The notes under the pieces are model-generated. The model did not search any database and was not told where the DNA came from. It saw only the letters and a list, made by a program, of their open reading frames with translations. A stretch of DNA of 64,000 nt, from the NCBI GenBank assembly GCA_050084985.1, contig JBITNC010000001.1, positions 93,496,001-93,560,000 on the forward strand. Reading direction: 5' to 3'. The stretch is from Nageia nagi (Eukaryota > Plantae > Pinophyta). Position numbers and translations under genes: made by a program. Shown here piece after piece: positions 40,642 through 51,876 of the stretch. The stretch's first letter is position 1; each line of letters opens with the position of its first letter.

Positions 40642-41935
40642 TATTACCCCATGCTCAATGGAAAATAAGAGAAATGATAATGATAAGATATTCCCCTATG
40701 CTCAATGGAAATTAAGAGAAATGATAATGATAAGATCTTTCCCCATTCTTAATGGAAAGAAAGAGAAATGATAATGATAAGGTCTTTCCCCATGCCCAAT
40801 TGAAAGCAAGAGAAGTGATAATTATAAGGTATTGCCCTATGCTCAATGGAAAATAAGAGCTGCTAACTATGATCAAAGTGATGTGTCTGTAACATGCTAT
40901 GACATAACAAGCTAACATAGTCATGTCAATAGTACCTATGGTTATAACACCTCTCAATGCTAAGACTTTCATGTAGTAGCCAATCAGTACCACAACAATA
41001 GGATAAAAGGAAAAAGTAAAGAAGGTACCTATGGCTATAATACCTCACAGTGCCAACATTATCATTCCATAACTAGTTGGTATAAAAGCAAAAGATAAAA
41101 GATGATAAAAAGTACCTATGGCTATAACACCTCACGATGCCAACACTATTGTGTAGTAACTAGTCAATATAAAAGCAAAAGATAAAATATGATAAAAGGT
41201 ACCTATGGATTCATAGTGCCAACATTATCATATCATAACCATTTGGCATAAAAAGCAACATAACAAAAGGTGATATGATACATAACAAAAGTAAATAATA
41301 TCTCCTTTGTCCCAATAGATGAAGGATGATATGATACATAAAGAAAGTAAATGATCTTTGATTTTCCCCAATAGTTTAAGGGTTATATGATTCTACTTTG
41401 CCCCAACAATAAAAGGGTGATATGATTCTACTTTTCCCTAACAATCAAAGGATGATATAATTATCCTTTTCCCTAATAGTTCAAGGGTGATATGATTCTA
41501 CTTTTCCCTAGTAGTTGAAGGGTAAAATAATTATGCTTTTCCCTAGCATTTGAAGGGTGAAATGATAGATAAAGAAAGTAAATGATCTTTACTTTTACCC
41601 ATCAGTTGAAGGGTGAAATGGTTAAGCATAGGCTCATATACCTACCAGGTGTTAGACCATAGCATGTAGGCATATGATGCCTGAAAAAATAAGATATAGA
41701 TGCTCAAAAGATAGCCTTGCCTCATGCTCAATGGAAAGTAAGGAAGATGATAGGATCTTGCCCCATGCTCAATGGAAGGTAAGAACTACTAATGATATGG
41801 ATAAGTTCTTACCCAGTGCTCAATGGAAAGTAAGAACTACTAATGAAACTAATAAGGTTTTACTCCATGCTCAATGGAAAGCAAGAATTGATAATGATAA
41901 GATCTTTCCCCATGCTTAATGGAAAGTAAGAGAAT
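40640..41935. repeat. Clusters of short tandem repeats in the 3' non-coding region of the Ogre/Tat-like element
   Basis: About 48-54-bp ccccatgctcaatggaaa... units (40640-40860, 41720-41935); about 80-bp gtacctatggctataacacctc units (40930-41260); about 36-bp tgatatgattctacttttccc units (41270-41620). Confidence 0.85.
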
Positions 41936-42950
41936 GATGTCCATGGTCAAAATTAATAAAGATAAGGTCATGATATATGATCTATTACTAATAAGATAAT
42001 ATGCCAATGCAATATTGGTAAAATAAAGGAGGTGATATAAATAAAACATCATCAAATCATTGATAAGATGTTGATCGATGATGATATCAAAGCTCAAAGA
42101 CATGATATGATAAACTCAAAGAGATGAATGATAAATATCAAATATATGATAAAAAATGATTTTCTTGATTGAGGATATGGTGGAAAATGAAATATAAAAT
42201 ATATGTTGAATGATAAGTAATAAAAGATAAAATAATTATTGCTTAAGGATTAACTAATGATGATAGAATGAATGAAGAAATTCATTTATCTCAAAGCCAT
42301 TATCACATGCTCCATAAGACTAAGTTTCCCTCATAAACCATAATAGTCAAAAATCTATGATCAATCCCAAAGAAATGATATAAGACAACTCAATATATAT
42401 GATTGTGACCCAAGTGGTTATATCTTCATTGGGAATGAGGTTCATGGGAGATGATAATAACATTAAGTCAAATGACCCTCAAAGATATGTGCCTATGCTA
42501 ACATGATTGGGATGCCAAGATGAGAGGCACACTTGATGAAAATGATGAGGGTAAAATGATGAACATGAAATAAGTAATGAGAGAAAACAATGAATAAGAT
42601 GATAGAAAATAAAGATGATGATATGAAAACATGATGATTTAATGATAAGATAGTTTAACGAGGATGCATGCCACATGAAGGAGGAGACAAGACTAGTGCT
42701 ATCTATAAGTGATGATAAATAAAAGATATTATGGTGATAGGAGTTGAGTGATTATTATCCTACCTTGCAATCTCCACTAGTGGATTATCACAAAATAGGA
42801 CTAGGCTCTAGTATTGACTCCCAAGATAATAAGATCATAAACAAGATTGATGACATAATGCAAGTGATGATGATATAATGACAATATATGATATCAATAG
42901 AGATAAAATACTTAGAAAAAATAAAGGACAAGGAAGCCATGTCAAATGTC

Positions 42951-45123
42951 TCAATCAATAAAGGTACCATACGATGATGGAGGACCTACTTCATGGTAAT
43001 CTTGCTCATGTGAGGTGGAGATTTGATCATGACTAGGTAAAGGATTGTTAAAGATCTCCAAATGTTGATTAGGTGGTGCGATTGGTGATTTTATTGATTC
43101 TTGAATATAATCTATAATATCCAATATTTCATGCTTAAATTGCATGCACCCATTATTGATGTGTCCACTTTGCCTATAAAATCCATAAAATTCATTTTCT
43201 TTATACCAAGGCCTTGATGATGCTCCTAGATTCTTTTTGATTGGGGGAAATGTCAAAATATTTCTTGTAATAACTTGGGTAGGATATCTGATAATGACTC
43301 ACCCAAAGGATTGAAGTTTATTCTTGACCTTGGATGAAGGGGTTGCTCTTGCTTATGCATGGTTTATTGATCCAAACTTGTTTGCTTAACTTCGTATAAG
43401 GGTTGACTAGATTGTTGTTAATGATATGCTTGAAAGTTGCTATTACACTTTTGATTTTGATCTTGATTCTTTGTATGTAATTTGATGTTACCCAATTGGA
43501 TATTGACTTCATTAATGAGCTTTGCTTGCAATAAAGCATCCTCAAAATATTTATGTTGTTGGATTTGCAAGATGGAAGATATGCTCTTGTTACAACTTTT
43601 GCAAAAGATCCTAACAAGCTCTTCTTGCGAAAAGGAATATGAAACATATGTTATGATAAAATTGATGGACTCATTATCATGATTAAATATTATTGTTAAG
43701 TCTATGATAATGATATTTTCCTTATGTTGATGAAAAAATGGTCCAAGAAGAGACTTACTAATTGGTCAAAGGAATATATACTATGTTGGGGCAAATTGTT
43801 ATACCAATCCAAAGTTTGGCCTACTAAAGTTATCAAAAATATCCCAAGCATGAGGACATCATAATTGCTTATGAGATAGAAAGAATACTTGAATTTCCTC
43901 AAGTACTCTCTTGGATCTTCTTTCCCTTTTAACTTGGCTATTTGAGGAACCTCAAACTTGTAGGGAAATTACTTGATTAGAACTATGAGATTGATAGGTT
44001 CATTGATAATCAATTGATAAGGTAAGGCATTTTTTCTTTGATTATTGATCCTTGATTCCATTTCTTGCTATCTCTTTAAGATATCATCAAGAATTGCTTA
44101 AGGTTATTGATTTTCCCTACCTTACACTTGATAGGATGGTTGATGATAGGCTTATTGCATGGTTTATCCTAATGGTTGATTCCATGTTAGATTGGGGAAA
44201 GATTAATGTTATGGTTGAGCCATTTGGTTGATATGTATTTGAATTTGATATGATGGATGATGCATATGATGAAGAGGAGAAGGGCAAGGAAGACTCACAC
44301 CTTGATATGGTTGATCAATGATGCTTTGAGAGACCAATTGCTGAAAGTTTCCTTGGATTTGATTTCAATCAAGGTCATGTTGGCCTAGTTGAAGAAAAGA
44401 ATTGATTTGGCAAACATAGGCAACTTGAGTTGATTGAATTTGACTTTGATGTGGAACTCTCTAGGGAAAAATATTATGATGTAGCCCCAAACCAAGAGAA
44501 ACAAGAGGTCTAGATCACATAATAAGAGGTTTTGATAAACCAAGAGGCCTAACATGTTGAGTGTGATGATGAGATGATGATCCATAATGAGGTATGATAT
44601 GTTGTACACTTGATGAAAAGGGAGGAACACCATAAGGAAAGGATGCAAATAAGTCCAATGGAAAGATTGCTTGTTGCAAAGATTGAGAGATGATAAGAGT
44701 TGTTGCAACAAGAGGTGAAGGGGAAATAAAAACTAGTTGAGGATCAAGATGTGAAGGATCATGATGATGAACCACATATTGAGGATGAGGAGTAAAGGAC
44801 TTGCTTTAATTAAAATGATTTTGAATGGGGAATTGTTCAAAGAGCTATGCCAAAGACTCTTGAAAAATGGGATCATCAACAAACCAATTCTTGATGAATG
44901 AAGGGATATTTTGAAACAAACGATGAGACTTAATTTCGCTATCTATTTGGGGACCAAGAGGCATAGTGGCTTGATGAGAGGGAGAAGGATGAGAAAAGAT
45001 AGAAGGACTAGAAACATGAGAGGTAGGGGTGGTTGGTCTAGAAGGAAGGGGTTGATAAGGTGTCTTTAGATCTAGATCTTGCTCTTGATTTTGCTCTACT
45101 TGAGGGGTAGCTACCATGCTCAC
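42951..45123 (-). pseudogene. gag remnant with Pro/Ser/His-rich N-terminal region
   Basis: FLITLVGQTLDWYNNLPQHSIYSFDQLVSLFLDHF (retrotransposon gag core) and a decayed Cys-His motif FYGFYRQSGHINNGCMQFKHEI. Confidence 0.85.
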
Positions 45124-48100
45124 ATTAGGCTCCCTATCAAATTTTCATGGTTTAAACAATCTTAAAAGAAAAGGAACAAAAGGAAAGAACAACATTGTTG
45201 CTAATCTAAATGTCCCAAAGGTGCCAACCAATTATAAGCAAATAAATATTAATCCTAATTTTTTTTTTTTAATTCAAAACTAATGCATAACCATCCTATA
45301 TGATAAGATAACAATGCTTATATGATTATATTGAGATGATGATTAAGATAGCAATGGTTATTTGTCATTATCTAGTTTCTTCTTGTTCAATTTGGCTATT
45401 ATATTGATTAATGATGATTGATTTTATGGTAAATTGACCTCTTGATTAGTTTCCTAAGGATTGACCTAGTCAAGTGTTTAAGGGTGAAGGCTCAATCTCT
45501 AAGGGAAAACCTAGGCTCAAATGTGATTAAAAATGAAAGGTTAATTAACCAATGATATGTAAATAAATGGATGTAATATTACAAAATTACATCCTTCACA
45601 AGATACGATAAGTTACTCCCATATAAGGATGAAATTTTTACTAATGCAACTAAAAATAAATAAGATAAGTAGTCCTAGGATGAAGACAACAAATAAGACC
45701 TAAGTTAAAGCATGATAAAAGAGGGATATAGGCTTGGGGGTCTCTCGATATAAGCTCCCATAATGTACAATACCTATCTTACATGCTCTGATCCTAATTG
45801 GTATGTTGCATACCAATTAGCAGTACCAACCAATGGATTGATCAAACAATTGGCCAATCGATCATAGTGGTACTTGAAGATTTTTAAAAAGAAGTATAAA
45901 ATGCAAAAGAAAAAAAAATATTACAAACTACATTCAAAATGTTAGCAATGGATTGTTTCCACCTAGTTACAAGGTTGGAACTAGATACAAGATGATAAAA
46001 ATGAATCTAAGCCTAGCTAATAGACTCACACCCTAAAATAAGACCAACCAGTCTTAGGCCCAGCTAATAGATAGATCAGTTTGCTAAAAGTTGACTAAAA
46101 ATTAGGGGCTAATGGAGTAAAGAATAGCTAATAGATTTGGATATAGATTATCATTGAAGGACAAACTAACAAGCTACAAAGAAGTTGATGGGCTAACTAA
46201 TCTACTAAAGATCAATTAGGCTCTATAAATTAGTTTGCACGGAATCAACTAGCAATTGGCTAGGAATGGAGACTCTAGACCTCTAAAATTTGACTTGTCT
46301 CAGCTAGAAGATGATTCCATAAAAGAATTAATGCATTTTAGTGATGAGAAATGATGGAAAACAACAAGAGAAAGGGTAAAAATAACAACACCCAACAAAG
46401 AGAAAGGGTTTGGAAAACTCCTCCAAGTTGAGCTTAATGGACCAAGGGAGATCCCATCATGATCACCATCTTGTGATGTATCCAAAATGGCTGGCCCACT
46501 CTCAAAAAGGAATGATGAGGACAAAGGCTAGAACACCAATGCTAAAGGGGGGAGTTTACCCATTGTGATGATGATGGAGGATGTGTGCTAGATCTGCAAG
46601 AAGATAAATGTTAGAGGGGACCTCAACACTCTAGTCCCTCATGACCTTAGAGTATGCTCAAAGAGAGGTGTTAAACCTCCTTGATGTTATGTAGGCCCCC
46701 TATCCCATAATCAAATGGGCACTAGAAAATAAAGGAATGCCTATAATGCAATATGATATGCTCATGTTATGCTAAGATAATGATCAAATGATAAGAACAA
46801 GGTAAACTACCATGAATCTATCCTAGAAACATGCTACATGCTCACAAAAATGCATAGAAGTACAATAAAATAAAGACACAAGTGATCCATTACTCTATGA
46901 TAGCTCCATGTTCTCTTCAACACCTACAAGAATGATCAAAACATGTCAAAGGAATGTGCTAGGCTATGTTATGGCTAGTGGTTTTTCTCTAGGTTTTGGT
47001 TGAATGAGATGGGTCAATTGGTAACGATTAAGGTGGGAAGACATAGAGTGATGATTGAGAGGAGCTAAAGTGACCGAGATCAAGGAGCAAGGAATATGGA
47101 TTTTAAAATTGGCTTTATAGGCCAGATGTCGAATTGGTAGGATGGTTGACTAACTAGTAGGCCAATTAGGAAATTAGTGGGTTAGTCCTAAACCTAATTC
47201 ATAAATTCAAAAATAGCTATGACAAGGTGACAAGATGAAAGTGATAGGATACAAGGTGATCAAGGACAAAAGGGTAATTTTTAGGTGCTTACAAAACTCT
47301 TCCCTCTCAATGCTTCAATTTCTTTGCACAAAATTTCCTTAAGAACAAGAATTTATTGAGTGTGAAGGTTATTTAGGTGCATATATTTTCCAAAATATTT
47401 CTTAGAATTCAATTTATTGATAGCAATGAAGTTTCCAAAACACAAGAATTATTTCTAGGAGTATTAGTGTATCAAATTCGGCAGAAGTTCCTAAGTTCTA
47501 CCAACTTCAAAGACACAAAAGTACCAAAGTTTGACAAGTTTCAACCATTAAAAATAGTAATAAATATGATTTGGTCTACTTTGTTCAAGTCAATTAGAGT
47601 ATGGGTGAAACCTAGACTTGTTAGTAGTTATGCAGATAAAAACTAGCTTGTTTACAATCACATAAGTGAAAACCAATTGGGTTGGTAGTCATATTATGAA
47701 GAAAAATAATTAAAAGGAAGCAATAGTTGGAAGTCATGAGGTTGAAAACTAGCTTCTTAGCAACCTCATGGTTGAAAACCAAATTTATCACAAGTACATA
47801 GTTACACAATGGACATGATGACATTTGCAAGATGAAGAACCAATTCCTAGGGAATTAATGGAAGAATACTGAGGTTCCTCCCAACATGCCTCCATTAGTT
47901 TTAACTAGTATGCATCTTAATTTTTTTTTTAGATCTAGTTAGAATGTTGTAAATATGTATTCTTGTTACTTTAATATCCCTAAATATTTAACTCATATAT
48001 TAATATCACTAGGTATTTAACTCATATAGTAATAGTAAAATAATGATACTTGTGTAATTATCACCCACTCAGTGGCCACTACTCATGGTATTGCAAGTTC

Positions 48101-48769
48101 TAAATTGCAACAACCGTTCATTATTGATTCTCAAAATTCTTCTTATGGTTAAAAAGTTTTGTTACATTACGAGAAGTACTAGTTGCAACCTTGTAAATTG
48201 ACTGATAACTTGGTCTTGTTTAAGCTATGATCCTTCCCTTATTTTATTCATGGTGACTTCCCATTTTTAGCAAGAGCTGCAATAGTTCAGGTGTGGGGAA
48301 AATGATTAAGAAATATTCATATCATAAGTGTTATATCTTGATGCTCTTCTTGTGATGATTAATATGCAAGAAAATAATGCAAGTTTTGTAGCATATATAT
48401 ACAAAGTAGCATCCAAGTATATGAATTGCATAGCATGTCCACTTTTGTTAATGATATAAGATATATTTGCATAATACATGGTGGATTGCATAGGTAAATT
48501 CTCAAATTCAAGTAGGATAGAAAACACCATAGACATTGTATCTCTAGAAGAACCTAAGTTTTATCTTATAGCCTCAACTTCATATGTATTCTGACATACA
48601 TTTCTTTAAGGAAACTAAAGTTGATAAACAGATAGAGAATCTGGTGTTTTTCTTGGTTGAATTGAGCTTTGGTCAAATATGTGATGATACAATTTATCAC
48701 CATTTGTATTTATTATTTTTTATAGGTTTTGAATACAAAAGAAAATGCTTCTTATTTTTGTAGGCTTGG

Positions 48770-51200
48770 GCAATATGGAATAGGATCATAAAATATGGTT
48801 TTCCATCTGAAAATGTTTCATGCATTAATGAGGAATTGACAACATATGAAATATGTGTGACTAATAAGCACAAGATTAAAAATTGGAAGTGAAAAACATG
48901 AACCATGGACAAGGAACCATACAAGAAGGTTATGTACAAGAGATATTAGATCAAATGTTCAGGTTCAACTTGCCAATAATGTTTTCTTGACTTAAAGGCT
49001 TTTATATTATATTGGGTATATGTTATTCACTTCCAACTATTGAAAATGCTCTCACCGATATGTTCAAATACTATTCCCAAAAATACAATGTTAACAAAAA
49101 TTATGTGCATAGGACACTTCCAAGTATTAAAGATCAATTCAAATATGGTGATTCTTGGATCCAAAGTTATAGTTGTTGAGAGATATAAGGCAACAAACTT
49201 GTAAGTGATATGATTTAATGAGATTATTACTTACAATATTTTGATTAAAGGCTATTGTATGAGAAGAAAGACTCAAGAAGCTATGGAAGTTATGGATCAA
49301 ATGATGAATTTAGTTTGTATACAAGAAATAATTAGTTACTTCACACATATTGTTGGTCTCCATAAGGAGAATGGATGATATAATTATTTTTCTTTTTGGA
49401 ATTGGAAAAGATTGTTCCTTGATGGAATCAAATGGAAATAAAGTTGGCTCAAGGGTTTCCTATGAATAAAGGTTCTTCAATTCTACATCTCATCTTGCAG
49501 AGCCAGAAAGGAATCCATATTTTATAATTCTTCCTTGCAAGTATGTAGGAAGTAAAGAGAACCTGATGGAGTTGATTATTGAGATTCAAGGTTTGCTAGA
49601 CATCAAAGTTTCAAGGAGAGGGAAGCCTCGTTTTATGCTTGTGATAGTAAAATTCATTGTGGCTTTGCAGAGAGGCCTAAAAGCTCGACAAGCATTAGAT
49701 GTGAACTGTGTAAAAAGTATACGAAAAGTAGGAGCATAAAGTCTGTATTTGGGTTGTAGACACAATGCCTTATCATAATGTAGCCCCTTAACATTAGTCA
49801 ATAAGTCCATATTTCTTGCGTCCACAAGGCATGCATCGAACTGGAACTTAGCAATAGAGTCTATACATGCATCAAAGGCCCTTTAAGTGCAGACTTATGT
49901 TAGATGTTGTGGTGGCTCTGGTAGACATGAATGTGGAATCTTAGTGAAGATATGCATGTGGGTTACCAATGTGCAGGATACGACATGGTTTCATGGATGA
50001 TAATGATAGTAAGCGTATGTAGCATCGATACAAAATGGACTTTATCAGAATAACAAACCTGTGAATCATTTGATGAAATGTAGCTCCAGAAAAGTATGAA
50101 AGCTTTAGTATTTTTTATAATGACTCTAGAGATGTGAGATAAGTATTGAAGATTCCAAAGATTATACTTAGGCTTCGGAGGCGATATTGAAGTGGTTTGA
50201 CGAAAGCAGACGTGACCACATGGCGTTCAATGGGATATAATAAAAAGTATTCCATATAATGAATCAACAAATTGTTTGACTAAATACCTCATCTTATGGC
50301 TCTAGAATTATAACGACTTCATAATTATAATGGCTTCAAAGATTGGATGTAATGAAAGGCACGTAAACTGAGGAGATAGAGCTACAGACGCGACCATGTC
50401 CCTAAATAAATATGCTAAAGTGAGGTACGAGAATTATTTGACCAAGCGCATGATACGGGTGACCATATTAGACAAGGTTGCGAATTGTTTGCCCAGAATC
50501 CTTGATGCAGATTCAGTTTCATATACGGTAATATCGTGAGTTATGCACAACGTGGATACAGACGCGTACTATTTTTTAAAATGACTAATCGAATAAATGT
50601 AGTGATAGTGCACAAATTCTAACACCAACACTCTGTCAACTATGGTCATGTTAGAAACCCAAAATATTGTTGAAAATGGTCTTTTATTTGATGTTAAGGT
50701 TGTGAGTATCGTGATGATATATCTATATACATGGAAAATAACACAAGACTAGTAATTGTTTGATAAAATATGTTGAATGAATAGAATGAAGGATGTTATA
50801 GGTTTGACTAAGTTGAGTGCAAGTGTTGAAGATGTATTTGTAAGTAGAGGTCTTACACAAGCAATAGAAGCATTGGCTAACATGAGACATTGCTTGCTTA
50901 TTGTAGCTGAAGTTTCAAAGTTGCATAGCTAAATGATAGCTAGAATTTTTAGAAGATAGGTTGGAGGGAATGGTACAACTATAGTCATTATATACTCTTT
51001 TCAACCATAAGGTGGATAGGTATGGGAATGATGAAATTGTCCTTGGTTTGATGCATATGATTCAAAATTATTGAAAAGTGTGTTGAGAAAGGTGGTTTGA
51101 TATGGATATGACTTGGTAATGCAATTCATGATGTTCATCTCTCATCTAAATTGGAATCTTCTTTTGGATTTAATATTCATGCATAGATCGTTATGAATTG
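48770..51200 (+). pseudogene. Patchwork of pentatricopeptide-repeat (PPR) gene-like fragments
   Basis: 49217-49378 reads NEIITYNILIKGYCMRRKTQEAMEVMDQMMNLVCIQEIISY (P-type PPR). About 50661-50773 reads QNIVENGLLFDVKVVSIVMIYLYTWKITQD**LFDKI (PLS-type). About 50470-50556 reads ELF/RILDADSVSYTVI/SYAQRG across frameshifts. About 48770-48817 reads IWNRIIKYGFPSENV. Confidence 0.7.
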
Positions 51201-51538
51201 CCTATTTAACATGTCCTTCTTCTAGATAAAAGACTCGGTTACTTTATAGAATGTCACTCGACTGTGCACCTACATTAAGACATATTCCTTTCATTCATCA
51301 TTTGTGGAAACATTTTCATGATAATGTTTTGAATGTAAATCTTAGATAGTGATTTGAAAATAGGGCAACATGATTAGTGGAGAAAATAATTTTGTATGGA
51401 GGAATGGAGTTGAATTTGGGTAGAAGCAGCTTCCATTTAGCAAATCTTGAAGTGCCAACTGGATAAGATGCTTAACAAAAGGTGAAAATTTTATTTTAGA
51501 ATTTCTATCTTACCTTTGGACCTTCAGGTAGTGAATTA
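51098..51538. repeat. 441-bp direct repeat, left copy
   Basis: Matches 58487-58927 with 3 substitutions seen by eye; abuts the Helitron-like 3' CTAG. Confidence 0.95.
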
Positions 51539-51540
51539 CT

Positions 51541-51692
51541 AGCTTTGATATAACCCCTTATATATCAAAAAATGTCGAGAGATATCATTTCGAGGTGCCT
51601 ATCTCATTTCTTGGTATTGCTATATCCAAGATAGGCGCCTCGAAATGATATCTCTCGACATTTTTTGATATATAAGGGGTTATATCAAAGCT
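51541..51692. other. Long terminal hairpin (64-bp arms, 24-nt loop) at the element 3' end
   Basis: 51541-51604 is the reverse complement of 51629-51692 with one mismatch. Confidence 0.96.
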
Positions 51693-51876
51693 GGTGGCAT
51701 CCATCGTCGCGTGATTATTGAATTATAATATTAAGAGATACAATACAAATGCAAATATTATTTTAAAAATAATGTTTAACAAATGAATATGACTCATACA
51801 TAAGGAGTCATTGACAAATAATATTGAGTAAGATTTAAAAAAATTCAAAATTAATCATAGTAATATTGATTTTTGG

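Larger units (their letters stand above)
39446..47293 (-). mobile_element. Non-autonomous (gag-only) Ogre/Tat-like Gypsy element
   Basis: LTRs at 39446-40262 and 46472-47293 (TG...CA). TSD aaact at 39441-39445 and 47294-47298. PBS-like TGGTGATCATGATGGGA at about 46468-46452. PPT AAAAGGGGGAAATA at about 40276-40263. An extra LTR copy at 37901-38713 comes from the tandem duplication. Confidence 0.9.

Noticed and set aside
50955-51035. Possible miR482/2118 target sites (ggagggaatgg, ggtatgggaatg)
   Set aside because: The matches are too short and partial to support by eye.
48770-51200. A functional PPR protein-coding gene
   Set aside because: No continuous ORF, frequent stops and frameshifts, mixed motif classes, and located inside an LTR element.
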